Shown here piece by piece: positions 36,773-51,700 of a DNA stretch of 64,000 nt. The number at the start of each line of letters is the position of its first letter. Position 1 is the first letter of the stretch. Source of the DNA: Antedon mediterranea (Eukaryota > Animalia > Echinodermata). Made by a program: the position numbers and the translations under genes. Where the stretch lies: assembly GCF_964355755.1 (NCBI RefSeq), contig NC_092670.1:31360388-31424387 (forward strand), written 5' to 3'. The notes beneath the pieces are model-generated. The model was not told the DNA's origin. It did no database searches and worked only from the letters and a program-made list of their open reading frames with translations.

Positions 36773-39700
36773 GTAAGTAATTTCAAAATGTCCATAGATT
36801 TGTTGAATAATAATAATACTTGATTTGTTATCCAAGTGTACAGTAGGCCTAGGCTATGTATTGTCGGTTGAGGAATGTCAAGTTTATGTTATGCAAAATG
36901 TGCAATTTAAGGGTTTATTTGCCCAATGATAAAATTCAGTATTTTGTATTAAAATGCTGTGTAAATTGTAGATCATCAGCAATTCAATAAATTCTACTAC
37001 AAATAGAAATATTTTATAATAATAGTAATACTATATAATATGTGTACTGTATATGAATGTGGTTATTCATTCAATGAAACAAATAGTTTAGGGTGTTTAG
37101 TGGAGGTTTATTCCCTCTAAGAGAACTGAAAGTTTGTTTGACCTATCTTTTCTTTTTGAATAGTAGTACTTATTGACACTATTCTTTAGTTTGCTGTTAA
37201 CTGGTTTTGGGGAAAGTACATCCCGAATTCCGCCTTAATAAATTCCATTTGAGATTGTCATATCGTTGTGAACAGAAGAACAGGCGCTGTTTGGTGGCAG
37301 CACTCGACACGAAGGGACCCTTACAGTAGGAGAGTTCAAAGTTGTGTCGCCCACACCTGTGCACAATTCAGTCCAGTAGGCTGCAAGTCGCAGGTTATTC
37401 CCCCATTTACATTTATTTACATAAACTTCAGTGTCCCTCTTGAGTCCTTCGGCACAGTGAAATAAGCACTGAAGTCAATAAGTGCCACATTAAAATATCT
37501 ACAAATTAGATTAGTATTCAGGCATTTATTTGTTCTATCAGATAACTGTTATGGAGTAGCTTCATGTACTGTATATATGTCCTTTATCAGCAGTTTCAAT
37601 ATCATTGTGCAAATAAGCATCCCATAAACATGATAGTGCCTATCCTTTTTATGGATACCTATCCTATTAGTAATAAAAAGTGTATGCTTCTATATTGTAC
37701 TTGTAATCGTGTCTGAATTATTGAAATGAGAATTTTAATATAAAAATGTTAGTGATACACTTTAAAGACAAGAAAATATGTAAAGCTCTATTAAAAAATC
37801 TATGACAATAAGAAAGAATTTAGAGCCCACTATATACTAATTCGCTACAGTAGACTTTATATAATTTGCACATCTAACCAAGGTAACTTTACTAAAGGCC
37901 ATCGGTAAATTTGACCATTTTGGTCGAGCTTCGATAACTTACCGGTTAGTTTTACCATGGCTTTAGCAACATTTACAACCATGACATTAAAACTACAATT
38001 AAACGTGTAAAGAAGATTATGAATTTCATGAGTTTTCCCAAGTCTCGCTCAATCGGATTGAAATTTTTAGCCAGCATGGTTATTTTGTACCGAGATTATG
38101 GTACTGTCAGTTCTACTGGGCAGGCAGTGGTCAGTAAAGGTAACCATTGGTCTTGGTTAATTTAACTCTGAGGGTTGGTAAACAGCATTCGGATTAGACT
38201 TTTCTTGGTCAATTTAGCTAGCAACTCGGTTCATTTGACCATATTAATTCCAGTGTAAATGTGGCTTTAGAGAGCATACTTTAACATGTTATGGCATATA
38301 TAATTGCTTTGAATTTTATTTGTCCGATATTTGTCATAGACACATTTAAAACATAATAATAATTGGTTGATACTTACACAGATGTGTAGATGTCTCTAAT
38401 TTGAATTATATCTGAATATCTAATAACTGAACAAATCACCTAAATAATAAAGTTATCACCTACAGTATACCCCTTAAATAGTATAAATATAACTTATTAC
38501 ACCCATGGTGCTACTGTATACAAATATTAACCTGTAGAAATTCCCAATCCAATTCAATAAACACTACACAGTAAGTGTTCTACTATTTATATTGATGTCA
38601 AATTGTGCATGACATTCTGAAATCATTTTCTAACTTCTCTTCTATAGTTCAGTGACCCTTATTTCAAAATTGTTTATCTATATTTTTATTCCCTTGCTTG
38701 TGGTAACATTATTATAAATCCAGCATTTATTGACTAACGTTTCTATAAAGTATTATTATATAATTTACACAGAACTAGATTTACCACCACAAGTAGAGTC
38801 TTCAAATTTAATCAATTTGTTATTGTGTAATGACCTGTTTGTAAAAATTCTTTCATTATATTATATTGCAGCAAATCTTAGGTTAACAGTAGATATAAAA
38901 TCACTCGTTAAATTGCCTACACATGATTTTTATACTGTAACTTTTGTATTCATAAAGTAAGTAAATATTGATTGTACAGTTTTCAAAGCAATTAAAGTAT
39001 TTATAATATAGAACGTGACCTATCCCTTTGAATTTAATTGTTCTGGGGCAGCCCCAGGATCTAACCAGTGAGCTTTCAGAGGTGTGTCTAGTTGACTGCG
39101 GCCCACATTTCCAAAAGATGAACAAATTGGAAAAAGGAAATATTTCCTCATGTTCCTTTTTTCGTCTCCACCTTTTTGTACGGGATCGGATGCTTAATTG
39201 GACTGATACAAATTTGGTAGAGAACATGTATGCCACCATAGTGGGGAAAAACACAACTGTCACTTTTTTTCCTTTTATTGCAAGGACTTTCAGGAAATAG
39301 GACTGACATTTCAAGTTTTTTACTCGGGGTACCTGAGTATAGTACTCTCTAATCTTCTCCTCTTCTTCTTCCATCTGAACACTATTGAGTAAAAAGTGCA
39401 ATTTATAAAGTGCTACTCCTCCCTTATTCGTTGTAGTATTGAGCTCGGATTTAGCATGAATATACTACAGGGACATTTCCTCAAATCTATAGAGCCGGAT
39501 TTTTAAATTTCAAACCGGATGCAGCCATATGATGTCTCGAAGATGGTACCGTATAGCCTTATTTGGTAGCGAGATTATTGTGTATGTGACGTCACATCCG
39601 GTCTTATGACGTCATTACAGCTTCTTTTGGTGTACCTCGAGTATCGCACATTCGTGCTTGTTAATCACTTAATTTTATGGATGATCACTTTTTAGTATTA

Positions 39701-42700
39701 GTACAGTACAGCCATTGTATTTGTATGATATTATATAAACTTTTATAAACATCTTGTCTTTTTGTTTTGTTATACACCCACTTCACTAGTATTTGATACT
39801 ACCATCATTATGTTAATGTTTATATTTTCGATGAAGACACGTAAACTTCGAAATGATTTACTTAATTTAACAATGATACTCCCAGAAACAAAGATTTAGG
39901 TTGTCAAACAAACAGGAGAAAAAATGACATGAATAAGAGGTTCACATTTGTAGATTACTTGATGGATATTGTTTAAAATGTTTATGAATTGCAATAATTT
40001 ATTAAAAAAAACAATTTATTATTTGAAATTTATTTTTTTAATGTTGTGAATTCTCCTTCTTTGAAGTTTTAGAGTTTATCTTGTTTTCAAACTATACCAT
40101 TTTGGGTGTGTTTAATGCATTTTTGTAGGCACTAGAAAAACTCAAATTTCTTTGTATCTAGACATGATAACCGCACCCAATAGATCCATGAAATAACTCA
40201 TAATGTTTGCCTAGAATTTATAAAATCCTGTGTTCATATCTGAAAGGTCATTACAGTCCCAAAGGATTGGTGTGTGTAGGCCTACTCTGCTGCAATATGC
40301 TGGGTAAACTACAGCCTTCTAAGCCCAGAAATTCAACATTAAAAACTTGTTAAATGCTGAAGAATGCTAAAGCATCCCTACCTACTGATATTAGTGTTTA
40401 TAACACATACTAACATTGAATTGTTTACAATAGTACCAAGTTTGTATATATGCCCACCGATGGTGTTTAATGAATCAGTATTTTAATTTTATTACATGCC
40501 AAAAATATTTTGTGTTTCCCTCCAGTTAGAGCTGATCACTAACGATCTTCGAAACATAAAATTAGAACAAGAATATAGAGTTACATAAAACTGATTGAAT
40601 TATTATACTGTAATATACAATTATAAAGATAAAAGGTCATATTCTTTGAGTGAAATAGTGTATTGATTGAGTAAAAAAAATAAATAAAAAACCAAGTAAA
40701 TCTTTATATTTGCTGATAAAAATCATATAGAAATAGGTCATCTCATACTAAGTAAGCAGACACTTATTAATGATATGTGTACATTAGTAATCTAGTTCAC
40801 ACTACCTTACAAATCTAATATTATCATGACCAATTAAGGTAAAGGCTTAGCAGTTTCCTATTAAAGCTCTTTCTAGTTCTATTTACTATGTCTCCAGAGG
40901 TGCTTTAATGACTCTGTAAGATTAGGGTTAAAATACACACTGGTCTTTAGCATAGCCTGATTGAATTTGAACTGTAAAGTTGTACAAATAGAAAGTACAC
41001 ACAAGTGTTGTTATATTCTCAAAATAGACAAGAATATGAACTGTACATGTGTATTTAGCCAACATCTGTACTGTGCTTTGTATAAATAAACATAGCAAAT
41101 CAAACGCTTTTGAGCTTTTTAAATTATACATAAACAGTATAAAATAAAGTTTGTTTTCTTATTTTACTAAATAGAAATATTAATAACACACATTTTTAAG
41201 AAAATTAATATATATGGCCTGATGTGTAGACTCAATTCAAGTGCAAATGTTTTAATCTCAACATTTATAGACAATATCTTTTATATAAAAGTCAAAGATG
41301 CTCTCCAGGTGGAACGCCATCCTGAGATGAGTACCATAGTAGTAATTAGTACAGTCTTGTTTGTTTTAAATTATTTTATATGTAATTTTAATTTCTATGA
41401 ACCAGAGATTCCGAAATAAAAGATTGAATGAATGAAGTCCTGCAATATTTCCTCATAAAAAAAATTAAATGTATATACCAACATTTTCTTTTGCAAATCA
41501 ATTGATTAAAATTGCTATTTTAATGTGTATTTCAGATTACTGCTTCCTGGATATCCCATACTTTATTTATAACCAAATAAATTCATGAATTAAAGATAAT
41601 AAAGACAACATGTTGAGAATTCAATGAACCCTAACCTTTAAAGAAAAGGTTATAAATTTCACTAAATGGTGTTGAAATCTTACAAAAATTAGTTAAATGC
41701 CTCTTTATTGATTGATGCTTCTATTTATTCAAAGCTAGGCCTATGAGCTAAATCAATGCCAATCACAAGGGCATAATAAAAGGGTTCAATGTCCTATTTC
41801 ATTACCTAGAATTAACCCCTGTGTTCTGACCCTGGTATTGCATAGGCTAGTATTTACCTACAAGTGTAAATAGGTGTTTGGATAATCCCAATTGCAAACA
41901 CATTTGATACATTCAACTTTCTAGTATTCATGCCAATATGTGTGATGTACTGCTGTAGGTGGCAATATAAATATTTATGATTTCAAAAATGGTAAGTCAT
42001 ATAAAAGTAATTGCAATCATTTTGTTTATTCAGATGGTACCATTGAATTTGTTCAATGTCTTAAGCTATCATTATGAATTGTAATAAATTTGTTTTACTA
42101 TACTATAATTGTGATATTGTTGTAAGGTTTGATGCCGAATAATAAACATTATAGTATAGTAAGGTTTGCGATAATATACTATGCTAATATAAATGAAGAC
42201 AAATAAAAGGAAAGAATTGATTGATTCTAGAATCTACTGTATATTATTATTACTTATTCTAGACAACAACTAAAATGCCAAGACATCATCAACTTTCCTT
42301 ATTTGGTATTACATGGTATACTGCAAACACACACTAGTGTTTATAATGTGGTCACAATTTACTAGGCCTACTGTTTCAAGCTTGTTTAAATAGTGACATT
42401 TCCAGGGGTGGTATATTTGCTCAAGCACTAAATAAATTCTGTTTTTTTTTTCCTTTATAGGTCAAAAACAAATAAATATACTTGCTAAGTTTTAACCTCA
42501 GAATAAATTTCAGGGGAGGGAGGGCAGATTGAAAGCAATGTTTTATTGTTTCTCAATATTTTAATAGGTCGACATTGATTTCTGGTACAATTTTAAATAA
42601 AGTGACACCAACTCAATGAACAAATGAATCACTGCATTTTCAACTTCAAGAAAACCATTTATTAATGAAATAAAATTATTCCTGTATGTTTGCGATAATT

Positions 42701-45700
42701 GAATATTACAATTTTAACGGATTTTAGTTTGTTATTTTGTCATTAAAAACAAAACAAAAACAGAGGCTGCACTAAAAAAATACTGTCAATATATTTCTCA
42801 GTGGCCGTATTCACCAATCACACTTAGTCTAAGGGAAACATCCTTTAAATTAAAAAAAAAATCTCCTATCTAAATGAATACTTTAATGGAAATACTTAAA
42901 TATGTATTGAATTACGGAATTACAGTAACTGAAATACTTAATATTTAAGGGAAATATCTGACTTAAAGTGTGTTTATGAATACTGCTACTGCATCCCACA
43001 GTCATTCATTCATTCTGTTGTAATATACAATCCTAGATATTGTACTGTATGCCAATGCAGGTAAACACAATTACATTGATTGATTGGGTGATTGAGCATA
43101 TCCCCTTAATTATGCAAGTATCCTTGAGATGCTGTGTTTGGGAGGACTTATAAATAGGGCAGGGGTGACTATGCAGAGGAAATAATTAGTGGAGGCAGCC
43201 TACCAATGAACAAGTAGAACAGCAGAACACACATATAAATGACCAAGGACTTGTTAGGACACTGTTTTTGCTTAGAGCAAACAACTGATTAATTAATGTG
43301 TTAATTTACCTCCAATTTTTAGCATTAGAAACGTGAATATTTATTTAGTTATCTATCCACATTTCAATTGTAATGATAAAAAACAATGGGTTTATAAACC
43401 AGTGTTTGTACTGTACACTAGTATTTTGTCCTGGTCCTGAGTGAGCACATTATTTTAGAATGCCATAAAGCAATTTACTGAGCTGTCAGATTTTGAAGTT
43501 TATGTTAGATACGTTTACTTAAACTTTTATACCTCTCAAATCAACTCTCATCTTTCAGCTAAATCATTATATTTTCATTTGTTATTTACACAATAACCTA
43601 GAGTATTATCCAAGACTGTCGAATTCAGCCATGGTTTAATTAGCTTACATTATATACAGTACAGTAAATCCAGTGTCAGATCCAGGATTTTGAAATTGGA
43701 GGAGGGGAGGGGGAAGCAAAGGGCCTTAAAATTGTAAAAATTAAGTGCCCAACTACAATAATGTCCTATTTTTTTCCATTGTCATTTCCCTTGTATCCGC
43801 TAACTATTTTTGAAAAATATAACAAATTTATTAAAATTATAATTTTTTTTCTTTTATTGAACCACAGCCTTCTCGTCGGTGCTCCAATTCATGACAGTCT
43901 ACAAGCCAACGACGTCAAACGACCTGGAGAAGTCTTCCGTTGTCCGTTATCAACAAACTATAGTGACTGCGAACCAATGGAAATTGATATTACAGGTTGA
44001 GTACTCATATCGTATTGCAAAGTGGTTTTGCTGTAATGTTTGCCTTAGATATTGATTCTTTCTCTGTTGTCTTATATCAAATTACAAATACATTGCATGT
44101 TGGATTATCAGAGTAAAAGTCATATATATTCCCAATAGAGTTATTAATTAATTAATTACAAATAATATAATCATTAAAAATAACTGGCCTTTACCTTGTC
44201 TAATGGATGGATGCGCACCACCCATCCAATGGGTGGACACCATCTATAGTACATTAAAATAACTGGCCCTTAGCTTGTCTAATGGATGGATGCGCACCAC
44301 CCATCCAATGGGTGGACACCATCTATAGTACATTAGTTAATAAGTTTTTTGTATAAAAAAAGTCGACAAATATGGTACAGTTGTGGCCTATGTACATGTA
44401 TGTACTGTATCTAAAATGGGTTGTAGTGATAGTGATATATCATGAAGGTTTTATATATAAAACCACACACAGAGAGAGCTTGAATGCTGCAAATATTGGT
44501 ACAGTAGTTCTTATTTATTTAGCATACATAGTTGGGATTTGCTATATGATGATATATAGATGATAATGTTTATGGTACCAGTTTATTCATTATCCTTCAA
44601 ATTCAATAGCCTTTTTACACAGAACATAATATTGTGACGTTTCATGCATAAAGCCTGTTTTCCTGTCGACGTTATTCAACGCTATCGTTAACAATAACCG
44701 ATGATCTTCTACGTAAACATTGAAATGTTAACGATTTACAGGAAAAGGTACTCGCTATCGTTATCATTTCAACTTGATCGTTTTCAAACAATCGCCGTTA
44801 AACTGTTAACGATCAACGACGATATCGTCGAATAACGTAGACAGGTAAACAGGCTAAAGAAACGTTTGAAAATTACCTTAATTTATTACTTTCTCAAAGT
44901 TCAATGTGAAGCAGCTATAAATATACATGTAATACCAAATATTTTTCTCAGTATAAACTGAGAATGAGGAAAGGAATTAAATCATCCAGATAGTTCATAT
45001 AAATGTGCTGTAAACAAAACTGCAAAAGAGACAACATTTTACACTTACAATGATTGCTTGCTATAATTATGATAATTGCAAGGATCATTTTTAAGAATAG
45101 CCACTGTTAACGACTTGTGTGCATTGAACCATGGAGGTCCTGCAATAGTAGTGCCTGTTTTCATGGATGTTAATTATACTGTACCTCATTGATCTAACTG
45201 TTCATTTTGTGTTTCTACTGTTGTGTATTGTTGGTTTCCAGTCCTTCAGCGAGCCTAAAATTGGGATTAATTAGTCCATGATCAAGGTTCAGGAAAAATA
45301 GTTTAACATAGAAATACAATGACTGCAATCTCTTAATTGTCCTATCTATTGCTGTTCCGTTTTAACCCATATCCCAACACCACCCAACCAGTAACGTAAC
45401 AGCTATGAGCGCTCAATTGCTAAACCCAGAGGCCCTGTTAGTATTTTGATTTTCGTTGTTTGCTCAAAGTAGAAGTGCCCTATGAAAAATTTAAAAAGGA
45501 ATGCTTCTATTAATAGTAGATACCTGAAATAAAAATCACTTTCTCCCTTTTTTTGACTTATGATGAAAGAATTGCTTTGGATGGTGGCCTCCCATGGGAG
45601 GTAGATCTGTAAATTGTTCAGTAAATGTAATCAATCATCAGGTACAAGTCTGTTGAAAGGCCTGTCCTTCACTTGCTCACTTAATGACAACAAAAGCAAA

Positions 45701-48700
45701 CAATCAGGATGAGGTAATAACAACTGTAGGATGTGTTTGTAATAGTTAAATTTACAATCATTTAGGTTTGATCTCAACCAATGTTTTATATGTACAGTAG
45801 CATGTTTTCTAATGAATTGATAGTTTACATTCAGATTTGATCATGATCAACTTACTCATAATGTTGTGTAGATAGACGTGCTTTAGGGTTATATTCCAAT
45901 TTGATCATGATCAACTTAATCATGATTTTGTGTAGATAGATGTATTAGTTTTTACTTATATTCTGATTTGATCATGATAAATTTACTCATGATGTTGTGT
46001 AGATGTATTAGGTTTATATTCAGATTTTATCATGATCCGATAAACTTACTCATGATGTTGTGTAGATAGATGTACTGTATTAGGTTTATATTCAGATTTT
46101 ATCATGATAAACTTACTCATGATGTTGTGTAGATAGATGTACTGTATTAGCTTTATATTCAGATTTGATCATGATAAACTTACTCATGATGTTGTGTAGA
46201 TAGATGTACTGTATTAGGTTTATATTCAGATTTTATCATGATAAACTTACTCATGATGTTGTGTAGATAGTATGTAGGTTTATATTTCATATTTGATCAT
46301 GATCAACTTACTCATGATGTTGTGTAGATAGTATGTAGGTTTATATTTCATATTTGATCATGATCAACTTACTCATGATAATGTGTAAATAGATATGTAT
46401 TACTGTAGGTTTATATTTAGATTTGATCATAATCAATGATATGAACCTATGTAGCAGTGTTGACCATGTATAGTACTGTACTTAACAGTGCTAAAAATGT
46501 GAATAAAACCAAGCGATGATACACCACACAGTAGCGAAATGGTAGAATAGTGGATGATATAAAAGATCTCAACACTGAATAGAATTATGTGGATTAAAAC
46601 TCTGTAATTAGTGTTGATTTCAGAAGAATAATGTACTATAAAGGGATTAGGACTATGAATAGATTCCTTGGGAATACCGGAAGCTGAACCCATCATGACG
46701 AATCTTAGTTATAAAAGAACTACGGTATTGTACTTTGTGAATGGTTTTAGTTTAGTTCAAACAACGTATCAAAATATCCAACATGAACAATTGGTTTAAA
46801 ACCTGGTGAAGTATGTGATCTGTACTAAATGCAATACATTATCAACAAATTTCAAACCATTTAAATGAATTTCAAATAGTAATCTTAACTGGATTTTTTC
46901 AGGACCATGATCTATTGTGATCAAGATATGTATTGTGCTTTTTCTATGTTTACTACAACCATGGAGAAATAAGTTGTTATTACTATTTCTATAACACATG
47001 GTTACATAGTGGGGTCCTTAATTATGAGTGTACCTGTAAAACAGATAAACGTGGATTTTTAGATACAGTAGGACCTGTATTAACAGGACAACACTAAAAA
47101 AATAGTACCTACTGTTGTCAGAATAGGGATTGAGCCCTAGTGCCACTCATTCATTTTACATGAAAGTGTCCCCTTACTAAGGGTATGTTCAAACTCACGG
47201 AGTTACGGTGGAGTTATCTACTCAAGGCGTACGGTAATCCGTGGCGTTAAAAGCCAAGGTGTTCAGACACAACGACCAACATTCCAATGCCTTGCGTTTA
47301 AAACACTCTGATATATGTATAAATTCATGACAATGCATGAAAGTTAACATCGTTTACATTGTTTTTTGTTTTTTTCTATTTATATAATGTTTACCTTCAA
47401 ATATACTGATTTGTTCTTACTACTTGTAGAATAGAATTGCATTTTAATTCAAAATAATTTAAAACGTAATTGTTACACGGACAATTATCTGATTAATTGA
47501 TTTAATTTATAAAAATATCATATCACTGATGCCAACTTTACTGTAAAAATTTAAAAAAAAACTTTAAAATCTGAACCTGAAAATACATTTGACATGGCTA
47601 TTTCGCTGTCGTATCATAGGGTACGGGTATGTTGTTGCTGTCTGCTAATCGTGGTCGTGTATTTTCATTGGTTAAGGCTAAAATCACTGATGCATCACTG
47701 GATTAGCGTTATGAAATCTACCCTCTCCCGCTAGAGTTGTTAACGCCACTGGCGCGGAGTAACAGCTCCCTAACGCTAAAGCGGCATGGTTCAGACACAA
47801 AAATATGTACGCCACTTACATAACTCCACCGTAACTTTGTGAGTCTGAACATACCCTTAAATAAGGGGTTCTACTGTGGATGAATTGTAAGAGGAATGGA
47901 AGAGGAATGGAAGAAAAATGTTTAATATGACTGGGGTAATAATGTTCTGCGCATTGAGAGCTTGCTTATATGCGCTATATAAGAATGAACTATTATTATT
48001 ATTATTATTATTCTAAAAACTATGTTTGCATTCAGTATACGGTAGTTAATTTAAATAAAATAGGTTTTCTTTTCCGAAAAACAGAGCTAAATTTAAGATT
48101 TAGAAATCATAACTTCCTTCTGTGTTGTGAGAAAATCTGATTGCACATTTATCTAAATGATCTATTATGACCTATCGTCAGACCTATGATTTTTAAATAG
48201 AAGGGCCTATAGATTGTAAAATGAAGGGCTAAATTTAACCTAATAAACTTATGATATTTTCTAGATCTTACTAGGCCTGTAGTTTTGCCTTCAATGTAAT
48301 CTCTCTTGAGATAATAACAAGCATAATGTAAAAATAAGTCTGTGAGAAAATGTAAGTAATTCTCAAGTATTTTAAAAAAAACTAGAAAAAAAAACCTTTG
48401 ATTGAAACATTCCCACTGGCAAATGACTAGAAATGTTGCTGAGAGGGATACACAAGTATAGATGGAATGTGACAAAAACTAGATAAGCTGCTTGTGGATG
48501 ATTTGATTGTAAGATTCCATAAGCCTGAGCCTTATGACAGATGATTGGGTGATAACTCCTAGTCCAGGGTCAATCATTTCTATCATCACCATCTGTAGAT
48601 GTACCACTATCATCACCTGTATTAGCAATGTCAAGGAAATATTCATAAATTACCTAATTTTTATTGTTAAAATGTGTTGCTCTGATTTATTAACCTAATT

Positions 48701-51700
48701 CTGAAAAAGCAAAATTGAATTATTTTTTTTCTTCCCAGGTTTTAACATATTGTTCAGATTAATTATTAATATTATGATACATTTCTCAATTTGTATTTAA
48801 TAAAAATGTGTTCTCTGTATAACATTAATTTGGCATAATTAAAAATCAAGAACATATATCAGCCAATTTTTAATAATGTAACTGATAGGTACTACTATAA
48901 TGACTGTTTACCATTCTGAGAGTTACAAACAATACAATAATTCTCTAGTTTCTAATTTCTCTGAAATTTGTTTATTAATAAAAAAACAATAACTAAAAAA
49001 TGACTTTGACTTCAACCTGAAGACAGCATAGTCTGTTCTGTGCATGCATGCACTCTAAATGATACTCTCAGTTAACTAGCATTTGCTGCTAAACAACTAA
49101 AATAGAAAAGAAATAAAATTTGTCTTCAATATTAATTGCCAGTTTTTGTGGGTTTTTTAATGGCTAGGGCATATAGGACAAATTATAATATCTGATTTCT
49201 AGGTGTACAAAGTTGCATATTTTAAATTGTTAAATTTCAGATTAAACCTCAAGGAAATTAGTATGTTTGGAAATGTCTAGCACAGATACATACAAATATT
49301 TAGAACTTATAAATCAATTTTCCTCCTTTGTGGTTTTTAATTTAAAAAAAACACAAAATGTTTCTAGAAAAATGTGTTTTTGTTTCATTTTCAAAATAAA
49401 TTTGTAATACGATCATATTGTTTGTAATCTGAGGACTAATAACTGAAATGAAATTAAAAAAATGTGTTTTTAGTTTCATTTTCTGTAGGCCATATATTTA
49501 AGCTTCTGAATATTAATAATATCACAATCACTAAAATGGTACATTTGTCATGTTTAACTCTAAAAAATGATATACACTATTGTAACAAAATACATAATAA
49601 CTTTGGTCACTTTATTTAAATGTACTTATAAATGATATAATCACTTTCTTCTTCTTAATTTAAATCTGTGTTACTTTGAAATGAGATATTTAATGTTTTA
49701 TCAACTTGCACGAGAATAATTAAACATGTTTCATGTTCTTTGATGACATCCGATTTTTATATAGTCTGATCATGTCTTTAAACTTAAGTAGTTTGTTAGT
49801 GTGCTTGTTTCCATGACGATGTACGGTATTAAGATCGTTATGCTCTAAAACTGTCATTTAATTTTCGGGAGTATATCTCTTTCAGATATCGTGAATTCCA
49901 AGCAATGTCATTGATATGCCCTAGGGATACAGACAATATTTCATCTTTCAATTTATTTCATATAGGTAGTTTAAATTTATCATGTTTGACAATTTTGACT
50001 AGTGTGTGTGATATTGAAAATAAATTTTAATATGATGATATGACATGATAGTAAATAATCATAACAAGACTAGCCTATATATTCTGACGCCCCTTCTGGA
50101 GAATGCCAGTAAAAGTGAGTTGAATATAAATGGTCTAGGTGAGGTCATCATAACCTAGATGTTGAACTGTGATGTCATGAACGTGAAGTTTTTTTGTCAA
50201 ATCTGATTTCATATCTATCTACCTATTTATTTATTTATTTATTATAATCACCTTCAGAATTGTAATTGTATGTTTTAAAAGGTTTCTGTTTACCCACTGT
50301 GTTGGTTATGGTCATGTTGATAAAGTTTGTGTTATGTGGGTGAAGAAATTGAAATACCAGGTCCTGGTATCACAAAATCAAATTTGCTAGATGGACCTAC
50401 TGATCTGATTTGTCATCACCTTATTTTGTCATGAACCATTAAGACAACTGGTGACCAGTTGTGGCGCCAGAGCCTTCCCTAAAAAGGCCTTAAAGCCCCA
50501 ACTGGATGTCCAAATCGTGGCGTAGCGGCTATCAGCGCTCACTGGCTTAACTCTGAACAGAATATTAAAAAACGCCCAAGTCCTCCAGCGTTGGAGGGCC
50601 AGTTAGCATCCCTGTGTCCATATTGTCTGATGCAAGAAGCAACCAACTTAAACTTAAGTTACAAAACAAAGTAAATCATATACTTCACCTTTCATGACAG
50701 GGGTGTAAGCCTTGCCTAGTCCTCCAGCCACCACTAGACATGACCCTTAATACTAATAGGTAAAAAGTATGTTTATTGGAAAGTGTTTAACATTTAATCA
50801 GCCTATAAAGTACCAAGCACATTAAAGTGAATGAAGTGACTAAATCAATCAATACATAAACCAATGAATTGGGAAGGGGAATTTTCCACCAGAATGGCAA
50901 CGAATTAAAATCATTCCTTTTGCTGCATTTTATGTCTGTTTTTCCTCTTGTATTTTATATGAAAATGATTGTTTATAAGTAAAAAACAAACTAACCTGTG
51001 ATAGGGTTGGTTGTTTATTTATCTAAAGAACTATAGGCAAGCCCCAAAATAAATAAAGCATATCACCTGTCTTGTCCTGGTCATAGGTCACCATGGGATG
51101 GAGTTATAGCTGCTATATCTCTAACTTAAGAAAACATGTAGGCATTATTCTCAAAGGAAAATGAAAACAGGAAGAAATTAATCACATTACTGTACTGATG
51201 ATATACAGAAAGATGGCAGAAAGTTGTTCTTTGATGGGATTCAAACCTGTGACCTTTGTTTAAGTCGCCTGGTGCCACACCTCTAGACCATCACTTATTG
51301 TGTGGTGGCCTATTTTTAGATTAAATCAAATATGCATAAACACTTAAGTTTGATATTTGCATTTCTAAGAAATAGTTAAACTTTAATTGATTTAAAATTT
51401 CTTATTTACAAGAATGTTATTTATAGACTATCTGTTAGTCTCCTTTAGATATCCTTATAGGCATATAATATATGGTTAGACCAGCTAGCAGCAGCATGAA
51501 GAAAGATAGAATGCTTTTACTTTTGATCATGAGTTTTCGAATTGTTTCTAAATAAATATTCTAAGGTTGAGACTCATTATTCTAAACAATCAGACTCTAG
51601 CATATTGTTGTTGTAAATGGCAGTTTTGGACAATATTACTTGTCTTTCAGTTTGCGAAATTACAATTCACAAGAACAAAGAGTGTTATGTAATCGACTTC

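Noticed and set aside
45820-46430. CRISPR-like repeat/spacer pattern
   Set aside because: The whole 60-bp unit repeats, so it is a minisatellite.
51233-51290. Functional tRNA gene (also 11215-11280)
   Set aside because: Only A/B-box remnants are present; no complete cloverleaf.
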